In this document: positions 27,356-38,232 of the stretch, one piece after another
How positions within the stretch are numbered: position 1 is the first letter of the stretch
How the letters are laid out: each line of letters starts with the position of its first letter
Assembly: GCA_964007735.1 (NCBI GenBank)
Contig: CAXGAI010000028.1
Span: 1-58,086, forward strand
Source of the DNA: an uncultured Rhodopirellula sp.
Lineage (GTDB): Bacteria > Planctomycetota > Planctomycetia > Pirellulales > Pirellulaceae
Direction of reading: 5' to 3'
DNA: 58,086 bases
Translations under genes and position numbers: made by a program
Notes under the pieces: model-generated
Told to the model about the DNA's origin: nothing
Databases searched by the model: none
What the model saw: only the letters and a program-made list of their open reading frames with translations

Positions 27356-28981
27356 TTATATCCAGGGTGGTTTTTCGCCTGCAGAAGGCAATTCGATACT
27401 CTTAACCGATTTAATCCCTTGTTGAGACGCCAGATCCGCCATCGCTTTAGCCGTCGGGATACTGTCAAGATTTAGTACTCCGATAGCGTGACCGCCAGGC
27501 TGAGCTTCTATGGGGCGACCGACTGACATTTGAGCGATATTGATTTTGTGAGTGCCAAGGGACGTACCCATATTACCAATAATGCCAGGCAGGTCATCAT
27601 GTACGAATATCAACATGTTTCCGTCCAGATAAGACTCGAGTCGCATGTCATCTAGGCGGATAAGCCGCGGCATATTGTTGCCGAAGACTGTACCTCCAGC
27701 AGTGTATTCCCCCCTGTCCGTTGTTAGCGTCACCGTCATGGAAGAGGCAAATGCCGCCATCTCGCTCGAATGGAATTCACTAACTTCGATACCTCGTTCT
27801 TTGAGGAGTACCTGAGAGTTAACAATATTGACTGAGTCTTCCAATGCTTCTTTCAATAAACCGGCACAAAGAGAGGCTGTGAGTAGCTTGGTATCTTCAT
27901 CTGCAACATGACCGCGGTACTCAATTTTGACAGATTGAACGCCGCCTTCATCCCACTGGTCGAGGAAGATACCCATGCGGTAGGACAATTCCAAATAACC
28001 CGCGAGAGCTTCAAGTGTTTTTGGATCAACGGCCGCCACATTCACGGCATGTCTGACAGCACCGGTCGTTAGAAAGTTGACCGCTAGTTCCACGGCCTCA
28101 ATCGCAACCTGCGTCTGAGCTTCTTCTGTGGAAGCACCCAGGTGGGGAGTACAAATGACTCCATCCTTTTGGAACAGCGGGCTGTCAGTACAGGGTTCGG
28201 TTTCAAATACGTCGAGTGCAACTCCAGCCAAAATACCTTCATCTAGTCCCTGTGCCAGAGCTGCTTCGTCGTAGATTCCTCCTCGGGCGCAGTTAATTAG
28301 TCGGGCACCGGGTTTTAACAACGACAGTTGCTCGACACCAATCAGGCCTTTGGTCTGAGGTGTTAGAGGGGTATGTACTGTGAGGTAATCAACAAGCGGT
28401 AGCATCTCGTCGACGGTGTCACAAAGTTGGATTCCAAGTTTGCTCGCTTGCTCAGCAGTTAGGAACGGATCAAATCCCAGAAGATTCATTTGAAATGCCT
28501 GAGCTCGTTTTGCAACCTCCTGACCGATACGGCCCAACCCGACGACCGCTAAGGTTTTACCGGAAAGCTGCGATCCCATATAAGCTTTACGATCCCAGCG
28601 TCCTTCTCGCAGACTTTGAAATGCGGGAGCAACATTGCGGCTTAATGCCAGCATCAGCGTCATAGCATGTTCGGCAGTACTGTAGGTGTTACCTGTCGGG
28701 GTATTCATGACGATGATTCCCTGACGAGTAGCCGCTGATTTATCGATGTTATCTGTTCCTACCCCCGCACGAACAATGACTTTTAAACGCGTATTACCGG
28801 TCAATACATCTTCTGAGAGGGTAACGCCACTACGACAGATTGCTCCGTCGGCCTCTTGTAACGCCGTCTTAAGCTCTTTACCTTTTAGGCCGGTCCGAAC
28901 AACGTATTCGATATTTTTTGACTGCTCTAAAAAGTAGAGCCCTTCCTGAGCGATATTGTCGAGGACGATGATTTTAGGCAT
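27356..28981 (-). CDS. serA: D-3-phosphoglycerate dehydrogenase
   Basis: RAGVGTDNID, GLGRIG, NCARGG, PHLGASTEEAQ; C-terminal ACT domain. Confidence 0.96.
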   Translation of the reverse strand: MPKIIVLDNIAQEGLYFLEQSKNIEYVVRTGLKGKELKTALQEADGAICRSGVTLSEDVLTGNTRLKVIVRAGVGTDNIDKSAATRQGIIVMNTPTGNTYSTAEHAMTLMLALSRNVAPAFQSLREGRWDRKAYMGSQLSGKTLAVVGLGRIGQEVAKRAQAFQMNLLGFDPFLTAEQASKLGIQLCDTVDEMLPLVDYLTVHTPLTPQTKGLIGVEQLSLLKPGARLINCARGGIYDEAALAQGLDEGILAGVALDVFETEPCTDSPLFQKDGVICTPHLGASTEEAQTQVAIEAVELAVNFLTTGAVRHAVNVAAVDPKTLEALAGYLELSYRMGIFLDQWDEGGVQSVKIEYRGHVADEDTKLLTASLCAGLLKEALEDSVNIVNSQVLLKERGIEVSEFHSSEMAAFASSMTVTLTTDRGEYTAGGTVFGNNMPRLIRLDDMRLESYLDGNMLIFVHDDLPGIIGNMGTSLGTHKINIAQMSVGRPIEAQPGGHAIGVLNLDSIPTAKAMADLASQQGIKSVKSIELPSAGEKPPWI

Positions 28982-29054
28982 TGGCTTTATTGGGAAATAA
29001 GTTGAATGAAGGGGTGTTGCTGGAGATAACTACCAAAGACCTGCGTTCCATGAA

Positions 29055-30155
29055 TTAGCTATTCTGAGTATAGAATGACTTCATGAAATCGCGAAGAGCC
29101 AGAACGCCTTCTTGCGACATCGCATTATAGATGGAAGCACGAATACCGCCGACACTACGATGGCCTTTGAGACTGTTTAGTCCTTGTTGGCCGGCTTCAC
29201 GGAGGAATTTGGCGGTCAATTCGTCGCTGGTAAGATTGAATGAGATGTTCATCTTTGAACGATGTTCATGTTCAGCGTGCCCCCGATACATGTCACTGCA
29301 TTGATCGATTATTTCATAAATGAGGTTGGCTTTTGTGAGATTATATTCAGCTATTTGCTTCAGTCCGCCCATATCATTAATCAGCCATTGGCAGATCAAA
29401 TCGATGACATAGATTCCGAATGTTGGTGGCGTGTTGAACATCGAGTTTTGTTCAACATGAGTTTTGAAGTTGAGATAGCCAGGCAGGTTGGCTTTGCTTC
29501 GATCGAGTAGGTCTTTACGGATGACTACGATGGTGACGCCAGCAGGTCCGGCATTCTTTTGAGCACAGGCGTAGACGATTCCGTGACGTTGCATATCGAT
29601 TGGGCGAGACAGGAAGTCGGAAGAAGCATCGCAAACCAAAGCAGTATTGTTTGCTTCCGGCGGTTCTTTAAATTGGACTCCGTGAATTGTCTCATTTGAG
29701 GCGTAGTATAAAAATGCAGGGTCGTCTGAAAGGGATAGGTCGGAGGATGCAGGAAGGGTGTTAAAGTTGGACATTTTCCCACTCCAGGCAAGATCGATAT
29801 TACCGGCTCCTGAAGCTTCATCGTATGCCTTCTGGCTCCACGTACCTGAAACGATGTAAGCAGCACGATCTTCAGCACTTCTTAGTAGATTCATGGGAAT
29901 CATGGAGAACTGCAAGCGGCTTCCGCCTTGAAGAAAGAGGACTTCATGTGAGTCATCAATTTCCAATAGCTGCTTGATGCCAGCACGTGCAGAGTCGAGC
30001 ACTTCGATAAAAGTTGCACTGCGGTGACTGATTTCCATGATACTGGCACCACAGCCCTTAAAGTTCAGGAGCTCCTGTTGGATTTGCTGAAGTACTTTAA
30101 GAGGAATTGTAGCTGGGCCGGCGCTGAAATTATACGTGCGGTCTGCGGTTGTCAT
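29055..30155 (-). CDS. serC: Phosphoserine aminotransferase
   Basis: NFSAGPA, AQKNAGPAG, NTPP, GHRSVGGIRASIYNA. Confidence 0.97.
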   Translation of the reverse strand: MTTADRTYNFSAGPATIPLKVLQQIQQELLNFKGCGASIMEISHRSATFIEVLDSARAGIKQLLEIDDSHEVLFLQGGSRLQFSMIPMNLLRSAEDRAAYIVSGTWSQKAYDEASGAGNIDLAWSGKMSNFNTLPASSDLSLSDDPAFLYYASNETIHGVQFKEPPEANNTALVCDASSDFLSRPIDMQRHGIVYACAQKNAGPAGVTIVVIRKDLLDRSKANLPGYLNFKTHVEQNSMFNTPPTFGIYVIDLICQWLINDMGGLKQIAEYNLTKANLIYEIIDQCSDMYRGHAEHEHRSKMNISFNLTSDELTAKFLREAGQQGLNSLKGHRSVGGIRASIYNAMSQEGVLALRDFMKSFYTQNS

Positions 30156-30265
30156 GGTTTGAATGCTTATGGTTAGCGAAGAAAACCTATCGGCTAAACC
30201 GCGATTTTAGGCCCAATCCGTGACTATGTATACACCCGAGACAATGGCAGTTATTAAGGGGGGGG

Positions 30266-31036
30266 TTAATATCGACCACGAGAGAGCTTGTCATCTGCAA
30301 CTCGTGTGTCAGAATTCCCGTTTGGAGAAGTAACACCCGTACGGATTTGCTGATTGAGAGAAGCAATTCGAGTCGGGAGCTGAGATTGTTGATTATCGAG
30401 CAAATAAGAGCGTTGGTATTGAGCCAAGGCGACTTCTGTGCGTCCTTCGGACTCATTTAGAGCGGCTAGTGCTTTCCAGGCTCGGGCGTCGTTTTTGTCG
30501 ATCGTACAGGCCTTCTCTAAATGAAGACGAGCCGCTGGTGTGTCTCCGAGTTCCTGATGAAGCCTGGCCAGTTCAACTCTTGGAGCAGATAAATGTGGTT
30601 TGTCTTGCGACCAGTTGTTTAACAGGGAAACAGCTTTGTCTTTACGGGCAGTTTGGGCAAGCAACACCGCCAGGCCTCGGTGAGAGTCAGTGTGATTTTC
30701 ATCGAAATCAAGGCAGCGGTTATAGAGAGCTTCGGATTCTTTTAGGAAGCCCTGATCATTACTTTTAAGCCCCATTTGATGATAAGTGACTGCCAGATTG
30801 TAATAAGCATCGGCATTGTTATCATCGGTGCCTAACGCATATTGGAAGCGTTGAATTGCTTCCGGGAAGTGCCCGGCTTTGTATAGTTGCACACCCTCGG
30901 AATTCCATCCGTTGGCGGTGATGCCACAACCAGAGAGGCATAATGACGCCAGCATCGTCACCCAAAGATATGATCTTTGTACGAGCAAAGCTAAGGCATC
31001 GTTCGCATTTGAATTATTTGTATTGGAGTAATTCAT
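30266..31036 (-). CDS. TPR-repeat lipoprotein
   Basis: Lipobox LSGC, several TPRs (ADAYYNLA); start uncertain (ORF open to 31099). Confidence 0.8.
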   Translation of the reverse strand: MNYSNTNNSNANDALALLVQRSYLWVTMLASLCLSGCGITANGWNSEGVQLYKAGHFPEAIQRFQYALGTDDNNADAYYNLAVTYHQMGLKSNDQGFLKESEALYNRCLDFDENHTDSHRGLAVLLAQTARKDKAVSLLNNWSQDKPHLSAPRVELARLHQELGDTPAARLHLEKACTIDKNDARAWKALAALNESEGRTEVALAQYQRSYLLDNQQSQLPTRIASLNQQIRTGVTSPNGNSDTRVADDKLSRGRY

Positions 31037-31393
31037 TTGGACAACCTCTTCAAACCTATCCGTCTTCCGTTCCGGAGAAGGCCTTGGAACTACCTCCACG
31101 AGTGTAGGTGGAGTGGAAGATTACCGACTTTGGTAGGCTCAAACAAGATCATTTGGTCTGTTCCTTCATCTTATTTTTCTCCTTGTGTGAGGATAGTTCA
31201 GAGGAACCCTGTTCTAGCTCGAAGCTCCCAGCAAGGGCAGTAGACTCGATTTCATTCTCCTTAAGACGAAAAAAGGCCGAAGCTAATTATCATCTAGCTT
31301 CGACCGTTGATCGATACTTTAGATTGAACAAGAGATAATGGCTGACTTATACTCTTTATCCAGTCCGGAGTTTCCCAAAAATAGTAGTTTGCT

Positions 31394-31633
31394 CTATTTG
31401 ATGTATCCCAGTCCTCGGATTACTTCCAGAATTTCGCTACAGGTTGGGAAGTTGCGACCACTTTGGCGTTTGTACTCTTCTAAAGCTTGCATGAATTCTC
31501 GCTCGTCATTGGAATAGTCTCGTTCGCAAGTTGTTGGATCGATTTTGCGTCGACGCCCTGTCTCCAAGACAGTTTCTTCCATCAATGCTGTTCCACTATG
31601 GTTCGATAGCTCATTTGTTTCTACATAACTCAT
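31394..31633 (-). CDS. Small conserved hypothetical protein (79 aa)
   Basis: [20 protein letters not shown]...YK...GR.FPTCSE.LEV...LGY; ATG at 31633 preceded by GGAGAG. Confidence 0.75.
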   Translation of the reverse strand: MSYVETNELSNHSGTALMEETVLETGRRRKIDPTTCERDYSNDEREFMQALEEYKRQSGRNFPTCSEILEVIRGLGYIK

Positions 31634-31928
31634 TTGATTCTCTCCCGAATGATTTTTTGATAGGATTCGCTTCTTGCCCACCAGCCCTAAGCCTGTTAAC
31701 TGGCGGGTACTCAAATGATTCCACATGCTTTCCTATTAGGCAGGAGAGATAAGCAAGAAAAAATGTACCGGTTAGGAAAACTGGGAGGTTTTGACAAAGT
31801 TTACGTTTTAAGCAAAGATTACTGTTTACGGGATATTTCCGGTTGTAAGGTCGCTTTGTACGAACTTTTCTAGATGTCTAGACGAATTAGGGCATGTCAA
31901 TCGGTATCCACGAAAGAAGATTGGCCGA

Positions 31929-32597
31929 TTAACGATTAAAGTAGCGCCGCAGCATATCAGAGGCAGCTGCTGTAGAATCTTCGGCTTCATCCTTAACTAC
32001 GATTCTTTCAGGAAGTTTCATCGGCTTATTTTTCTTGCTCTTTGCTGAGTCTTCTATATTTTCAGCTTCTTCCGAATCCTCTTCCACTTCTTCTGGTTTA
32101 TTGAATCTTCCAGTATCTTCCAGTACAAATTGGCGAGTCACAGTGTCGGAACTATCCATGTCCGAGTTTACAAATAATGACTCCTCAAGCCAGCCCGCAA
32201 TACTATCATCATCCTGACTGTCCATTTCCCGAGCTTTGCCAGCACTTCGTTGAGCAACATCAGCTACGCTCTGAACCTTTGGCTTCTTCGTTCCACCTAA
32301 GCTGTGGTCGAGGACGAGTTCAAATGAGAGAGGACCGACCACAAGTTGGTCGCCGTTATTCAGGATCGCTACATTTTCAATTCGTTTATTGTTGACAAAG
32401 GTTCCGTTTTTACTTCCAAAGTCTTTAATTGCAACCTTAGAATCATCAACAATAATCGCACAGTGATGTCGGCTAATCGCATCACTTTTTGGGCGCAAAT
32501 GACAATCTTCACCCCGGCCAATGAAAAACTTGGCAACGGGAATGGCGATTTCTTTGCCCTCACTGGGACCTTTGAGTACTTTTAATTTGGCCTTCAT
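31929..32597 (-). CDS. FHA domain protein
   Basis: IGR...SRHH...D.GSKNGT phosphothreonine-binding motifs; acidic disordered tail. Confidence 0.92.
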   Translation of the reverse strand: MKAKLKVLKGPSEGKEIAIPVAKFFIGRGEDCHLRPKSDAISRHHCAIIVDDSKVAIKDFGSKNGTFVNNKRIENVAILNNGDQLVVGPLSFELVLDHSLGGTKKPKVQSVADVAQRSAGKAREMDSQDDDSIAGWLEESLFVNSDMDSSDTVTRQFVLEDTGRFNKPEEVEEDSEEAENIEDSAKSKKNKPMKLPERIVVKDEAEDSTAAASDMLRRYFNR

Positions 32598-32932
32598 CGC
32601 TCACCAATTAACTGACTTACCGAAAAATAATAAAAGTCCGAGTCGGAATATGGCGTGTCAGTTTCAATCGTGTCGCAAATACGGCAGGCGGCTCACCACA
32701 ATTATTGGTTCACATCCACCATAAGTAAATATAAGAACTGGTCTTTGTGAACATATTCCCAAATCCGCCGTGGAGTGCGATGTAGCACCTCAAATCGACC
32801 GCCCTGATCTGGTTATGCAGTGTTTTTCTCAAAAAGAGCAAAAGTAAATTTGCATACAATAAGAGTCAGTTAAAAACTTAGCAGAGCAATGAAAAGAAGT
32901 CAACTTAGACACCCCCTGAAGTAGTGGTGTGC

Positions 32933-33700
32933 TTAGCGTTTATGAAGCCAATTAGGATTTAGGAATCGGTCTATTTCAATTTTGTGTGCTGCTTTCAGTT
33001 GATCGTGCGAAAGCGAGTGTTTCGTCAGTTGGCACTGAAGTAGAAGGGTCAGTTTCTCTAACCAATCTTTGACCCATGAAAGGGATGTTAGATCCACATC
33101 AACAAGTTCGAGAATACCAGGTAGTTCGGGGGAAAATTCCGATTGTCTCAGCAGAATACTACCATGTTGGAGTACGTGTGTTTTGTTCCTACGCTGAGCA
33201 CTCCCAATGATTTTTGCGTCATGTAGCAAAACATCTCCTGACGATCTTCGTAAAAAGCAAAGAAAGGGCTGATCGTTTCTGTCCACCGTTGGTGGAGCAA
33301 TGCACTTAACCGCTGGTACACCTAGTTCCTGCAATACGCTAATCAGGGAATCATGGAATAGATCGTAGATTCCACTAATTTGCGCACTTGATAGGCTGGT
33401 TGCGGGAAAGATAAAGCTATAGGTCAGTTCCTGGTCATGCAGGATAGCACCACCACCGCTTGCTCGTCTGACACAGTCTGTTGCCATAGACTCTTGATGA
33501 GTCTCACGGTCTTTTGAAGACTGAAAGTATCCCAGCGAAAGGCAGGCCGGCGACCATCGATAGAGACGAAGGACGGCAGTGTCTTGCGGTAATGAGGAAT
33601 CCAGCAAAGCATCGTCGACGGCCATATTCCACGAGCCGGTCGTGGGTTCATCTTCTACCAGCAAGATGGACTTAAGGTTTAATCGGCATTCTCTGTCCAT
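32933..33700 (-). CDS. Lipoate-protein ligase family protein (LipM/LplA-like)
   Basis: NMAVD, RLYRW, RRASGGGAILHD, KIIGSAQ, QHGS; last gene of the gcv operon. Confidence 0.9.
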   Translation of the reverse strand: MDRECRLNLKSILLVEDEPTTGSWNMAVDDALLDSSLPQDTAVLRLYRWSPACLSLGYFQSSKDRETHQESMATDCVRRASGGGAILHDQELTYSFIFPATSLSSAQISGIYDLFHDSLISVLQELGVPAVKCIAPPTVDRNDQPFLCFLRRSSGDVLLHDAKIIGSAQRRNKTHVLQHGSILLRQSEFSPELPGILELVDVDLTSLSWVKDWLEKLTLLLQCQLTKHSLSHDQLKAAHKIEIDRFLNPNWLHKR

Positions 33701-35151
33701 TTTACCATCGGTTTTCTAGCAGCCATTACTTCGTCTGGTCGGCGAATGATTGTGGTATGCGGAGCATGATGAAGAGTTTCGGCGGTTTCCTGAACAATGG
33801 TTCTCAGCGTGTCAGCAAAGGCATCCAGTGTTTGTTTACTTTCCGTTTCTGTAGGTTCCATCATCAGTCCTTCAGGAACCGTGAGCGGAAAATAAACAGT
33901 AGGAGGATGGAAGCCATAGTCGAGCAGTCGTTTGGCAATGTCCATAGCTGGTTGCTTCAAGCCGGTAGCTTCTTTAACGGGTGCGGCACTGGCCACAAAT
34001 TCATGCATACAACGGTCACCATGAGGAATATCTAGAAATTCCTTTACTCTGCTAAGCAGATAATTAGCGTTCAGTACAGCGGTTTCAGAAACACGTTTTA
34101 GCCCGTCAGGTCCATGAGTTCTAATGTAACAGTAGGCCCGTACTAAGACGCCAACATTACCAAAGAAGGAACGCACTCGACCAATCGAATCCTCCGAACC
34201 TTCGTCCAGATAATACGTTTTACTGTCATTACAAAAAGAGACGGTTGGACTTGGTAGATAGGGACGTAATGTTTCGGTTACACAAATTGGTCCGGCACCA
34301 GGGCCGCCTCCACCATGAGGTCCGCTAAATGTTTTGTGTGGATTATAGTGCATCATGTCCGCTCCAAAATCTCCCGGACGCGTCACGCCTAGAATAGCAT
34401 TCATGTTTGCACCATCGAGATAGATTAATCCCCCAACCTCATGCACGAGGTCGGCGATGCGTTGAACCTGATCATCAAACAGCCCCAGCGTGCTGGGGTT
34501 GGTGATCATGAAAACAGCGGTCTCATCACCCAGATTTTCTTTTAAATGTTCCAGATCGACTCTGCCATCAGCCTGACTGCGAATGGTGATAAAATCAAAT
34601 CCTGCCATACGTGCACTGGCAGGGTTTGTCCCATGAGCGCTATCGGGTGCTAATACCTTGGTTCGATTCTCGCCTCGTTGCTTGAAAAACGCAGAGGCCA
34701 CCATTAAAGCGGCTAATTCCCCATGGGCACCAGCAGCAGGTTGCAGCGACACCGCTGGCAGGCCGCTGATTTCCCCTAGCATTTGCTGAAGTTCACTAAG
34801 TAGCCGGAGCATACCCTGAAGGGAACTTTCACTTTGGTAAGGATGTAGTTGCGCAAATCCATCCCATCCGGCAATACGTTCATTTCGCTTGGGATTGTAC
34901 TTCATCGTACAGGATCCCAGAGGATAGAAATGTGTATCAACACTCATGTTAAGTGTCGATAAATTTGTAAAATGGCGAATAACCTCCGGTTCAGTAACCT
35001 CAGGAAGTGGGGGACAGTCGCTTTGCAGGAGAGAAGCGGGAACGAGTTGATCGACATCTCGAGTTGGGACATCGCATTCTGGCAGGACAACACCATTGCG
35101 CCCTGTTGTTGAAAGCTCGAATATCAATTGAGTGGCGTGTTTATTCCTCAT
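33679..35151 (-). CDS. gcvPB: Glycine dehydrogenase subunit 2
   Basis: YPLGSCTMKYNP, QPAAGAHGE, NPHKTF..PHGGGGPG. Confidence 0.96.
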   Translation of the reverse strand: MRNKHATQLIFELSTTGRNGVVLPECDVPTRDVDQLVPASLLQSDCPPLPEVTEPEVIRHFTNLSTLNMSVDTHFYPLGSCTMKYNPKRNERIAGWDGFAQLHPYQSESSLQGMLRLLSELQQMLGEISGLPAVSLQPAAGAHGELAALMVASAFFKQRGENRTKVLAPDSAHGTNPASARMAGFDFITIRSQADGRVDLEHLKENLGDETAVFMITNPSTLGLFDDQVQRIADLVHEVGGLIYLDGANMNAILGVTRPGDFGADMMHYNPHKTFSGPHGGGGPGAGPICVTETLRPYLPSPTVSFCNDSKTYYLDEGSEDSIGRVRSFFGNVGVLVRAYCYIRTHGPDGLKRVSETAVLNANYLLSRVKEFLDIPHGDRCMHEFVASAAPVKEATGLKQPAMDIAKRLLDYGFHPPTVYFPLTVPEGLMMEPTETESKQTLDAFADTLRTIVQETAETLHHAPHTTIIRRPDEVMAARKPMVKWTENAD

Positions 35152-36470
35152 GACCCTAACACCTCCACTAACTGATCGATCTCATGAATCGTTCTCTTTT
35201 CGGTTACAGCCACCAGAAGGCAGTCTTCCAGTTGTGGGTACCACCTACCCAGATCAACTCCGGCAAGGAGATTAAAGTCTGCAGCCTTTCTCAATAAGCC
35301 TGCGATATCGTTCTGTTTGTCGCGGATAACAAACTCCTTAAAGAACGGTTGGTCACCAATAGACTCGAATCGATCGAGTTGTGTTAGTTTCTGCTGAGCA
35401 TAGTGTGCTTTTTGCAGGCATAAAGTAGCCACATCCCGCATTCCGGTAGGCCCCATGACGGAAAGATAAATGGCTGCACGCAAGGCGAATAGCCCTTGGT
35501 TGGTGCAAATATTACTTGTGGCCTTTTCCCGGCGAATATGTTGTTCACGGGTTTGCAGGGTTAGTACCCAACAGCGTTTTCCATCCTCATCGACCGTTTG
35601 ACCTGCGAGACGGCCCGGGAGTCGCCTGACAAATTCCTCTCGGCATGCCATGATTCCAAGATAGGGACCGCCATAGAGCAGGGGGGTACCAAGCGACTGG
35701 CCCTCCGCTACAACAATATCCACGCCCGCATCCCCGGGGCGTTTAAGTAACCCTAAGCTAATTGGGTCGATACTGCATACCAATAATGCACCGGCCTCAT
35801 GCACTTGCTCGGCAACCGTTTGGATGTCTTCTATACCTCCGAAGAAATTAGGTGACTGAACGAGTACCGCAGCCGTCGATTGATCGAGGACAGATTGAAG
35901 ATCACTTGCATCCGAGACTGTCACCACTTTCGTTCCAATTGTGGCAAAGTAGGTCTTAATGATTTGTCGGTACTCGGGATGGACAGACTCTAGGACAATG
36001 ATCTTCGAGTTTCTACGGGTGATGCTAATAGCCATTAACATCGCTTCCACGGCAGCGGAGCCTCCGTCGTATAGACTTGCGTTGGAAACATCCATCCCGG
36101 TTAACTGACAAATCAAGGTTTGGTATTCAAACATGACCTGTAGGTTTCCCTGGCTCACTTCCGGCTGATAAGGAGTATAGGAAGTGTAGAATTCTCCACG
36201 TGCTGCCAGCGTATCAACAACTGCCGGGACAAAGTGATCGTAACTACCAGCTCCTAAAAAACACGTGTTCTCTGTAATGTTGGTGTTTTGCCGGGCGAGT
36301 TCCTGCATATGTGAAGTTAGTTCAAGCTCCCCCAAAGCCGGGGGAATATTGAGAGGGCGATCGAGCTTCATCGAGTCGGGTATCACATCGAAAAGTTGAT
36401 CAACCGAGTCTGCACCGATTGCTTGCAGCATTTCTTCCTGCTGTGCAGGTGTATTGTACGTATAAGGCAT
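35148..36470 (-). CDS. gcvPA: Glycine dehydrogenase subunit 1
   Basis: YTPYQPEVSQG, NASLYDG, TREQHIRREKATSNICTNQ. Confidence 0.96.
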   Translation of the reverse strand: MPYTYNTPAQQEEMLQAIGADSVDQLFDVIPDSMKLDRPLNIPPALGELELTSHMQELARQNTNITENTCFLGAGSYDHFVPAVVDTLAARGEFYTSYTPYQPEVSQGNLQVMFEYQTLICQLTGMDVSNASLYDGGSAAVEAMLMAISITRRNSKIIVLESVHPEYRQIIKTYFATIGTKVVTVSDASDLQSVLDQSTAAVLVQSPNFFGGIEDIQTVAEQVHEAGALLVCSIDPISLGLLKRPGDAGVDIVVAEGQSLGTPLLYGGPYLGIMACREEFVRRLPGRLAGQTVDEDGKRCWVLTLQTREQHIRREKATSNICTNQGLFALRAAIYLSVMGPTGMRDVATLCLQKAHYAQQKLTQLDRFESIGDQPFFKEFVIRDKQNDIAGLLRKAADFNLLAGVDLGRWYPQLEDCLLVAVTEKRTIHEIDQLVEVLGS

Positions 36471-36524
36471 ATTACCGACTCGCCTGAGACAAAGGTTAGA
36501 GTAATCAAAGCCGACCGTAGCTGT

Positions 36525-36917
36525 TTAGCTAGCTTCGCCACATTGACGTTGGTAGGCCGCATGATCCAACAGGTTATTTGGAAGATCCTGACTTATGGCA
36601 ACCTTCATAATCCAGCCGGCGTTATACGGATCTGTATTCAACACATCCAGGTTGTCGGGCAGGCCGTCATTGACCATGGTTACCTGGCCGGTCACCGGGC
36701 TGTATAACGGGCTGACGGCTTTGACGGACTCGACTTCGCCGAACTCTTCGCCGGCAGTCACGGCAGCTCCGACGGATGGTAATTCCATGTAAACCAAATC
36801 CGTCAGTTGTTCGACCGCGAAGGCCGATATTCCTACGGTAGCGATCTTTTGACCATCTTGTTCTGACACGAACACCCACTCGTGAGTGTCGCAATAAAGT
36901 AGTTCTTCGGTGTTCAC
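36525..36917 (-). CDS. gcvH: Glycine cleavage system H protein
   Basis: HEW and lipoyl-Lys motif VESVKAVS. Confidence 0.96.
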   Translation of the reverse strand: MNTEELLYCDTHEWVFVSEQDGQKIATVGISAFAVEQLTDLVYMELPSVGAAVTAGEEFGEVESVKAVSPLYSPVTGQVTMVNDGLPDNLDVLNTDPYNAGWIMKVAISQDLPNNLLDHAAYQRQCGEAS

Positions 36918-36960
36918 AGCTTTGATCCTAATCCTTGAAGTGGCGATGTGAATGAAGTCA

Positions 36961-38115
36961 TTATTTTGTTCTTTTATAAAAGGGCAAGTTGGAGACTGTG
37001 GCCGGAACCGACGTTCCTCGGATGTCGACTTCTAGTATTTGCCCCAACTCAGCGAACTGCTGCTCCACGTAGGCCATCGCTATCGGCCTTTGTAAAGTGG
37101 GAGAAAAAGTTCCGCTGGTGATCATACCAACTTCCTGTCCATTGGCCAGCACGGCATAGCCTTCACGACCTACTCGCTTTCCGTCAATCAGAAGTCCTAT
37201 TCGTTGACGTTGTTGTCCGTTGTGCTTGATTTCAGTCAATGCTTCGCAACCAATAAAGTCGCGAGTATCCCCATTCGTATTCGTCCACGAAATTGCAAAG
37301 GCCAGCCCAGCTTCCAGAGGGGTGATCTTTTCATCCAGTTCATGACCATAGAGTGGCATCGCGGCTTCAAGCCGCAAAGTGTCGCGAGCTCCCAGACCAG
37401 CTGGAGTGATTCCGAATTGACGACCAGAGGCCAGGATGTTCTGTAAAATATGGATTGTTTGATCTTCCCGGAGAATCAATTCCACCCCATCCTCACCAGT
37501 ATATCCCGTTCGGCTAACGATACAGGGTTTGTTCATTTGATTAGTGACTTTGGCGTTAAAATATTTCAGGTTGGCAATATTAGTGCTCAGCAACGGAGAA
37601 ACAGTTGCAATGGCATGAGGTCCCTGGATGGCAAGCATCGACGTTTCTAATGTGCGGTCGCAAAGTTCAACGGCAGCTTCGTCCGGCCACTGGGCTGCAA
37701 TCCAATTCAAGATTTTGTCACGGTTCGAAGCATTGACCACTAGCAGGAAGTACCGGGTGCCACTAGGAGTCTCCAGATGATAAACGAGTACGTCGTCCAG
37801 AATACCGCCATCATGATTGCATATCAGTGAATATCGTACTTGTCCCACGGGCATGTCAGAAACTTGGCGTGTTAGAAGACGATCTAATAACATCCCGGCA
37901 CCATGTCCGTTAAAACGAAGACGACCCATATGGGATACATCAAATAAAGTGACATTATTTCGCGTGGCTTCGTGTTCCTGCACAATCGAAGTGTACTGGA
38001 TTGGCATTTGCCAGCCAGCAAAATCAACCATGCGAGCTCCCTGTTCAACATGCCAGGAGAACAGAGCAGTTGCAGTTTCTGCAAGAGGTTCCGGCTGTGA
38101 TGCGGCGTCGTTCAT
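36961..38115 (-). CDS. gcvT: Glycine cleavage aminomethyltransferase T
   Basis: FDVSHMG, SRTGYTGEDG, GLGARDTLRLEA. Confidence 0.96.
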   Translation of the reverse strand: MNDAASQPEPLAETATALFSWHVEQGARMVDFAGWQMPIQYTSIVQEHEATRNNVTLFDVSHMGRLRFNGHGAGMLLDRLLTRQVSDMPVGQVRYSLICNHDGGILDDVLVYHLETPSGTRYFLLVVNASNRDKILNWIAAQWPDEAAVELCDRTLETSMLAIQGPHAIATVSPLLSTNIANLKYFNAKVTNQMNKPCIVSRTGYTGEDGVELILREDQTIHILQNILASGRQFGITPAGLGARDTLRLEAAMPLYGHELDEKITPLEAGLAFAISWTNTNGDTRDFIGCEALTEIKHNGQQRQRIGLLIDGKRVGREGYAVLANGQEVGMITSGTFSPTLQRPIAMAYVEQQFAELGQILEVDIRGTSVPATVSNLPFYKRTK

Positions 38116-38232
38116 AATCGAGCCAATTTCTGAAGGGAGGCGAAAAGTATATTAAGTTCGTAGACATTGTATCGAACTTAAGCTGATTGAGGATAACCAA
38201 TATCAGAAAAACACCCAACCAAATCCGGGCAA

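Noticed and set aside
38116..38232. Glycine riboswitch before gcvT
   Set aside because: Spacer is only 117 nt and lacks the GGAGA/CCGAAG/CTCAGG core; only a 9-bp TTAAGTTCG/CGAACTTAA hairpin is present
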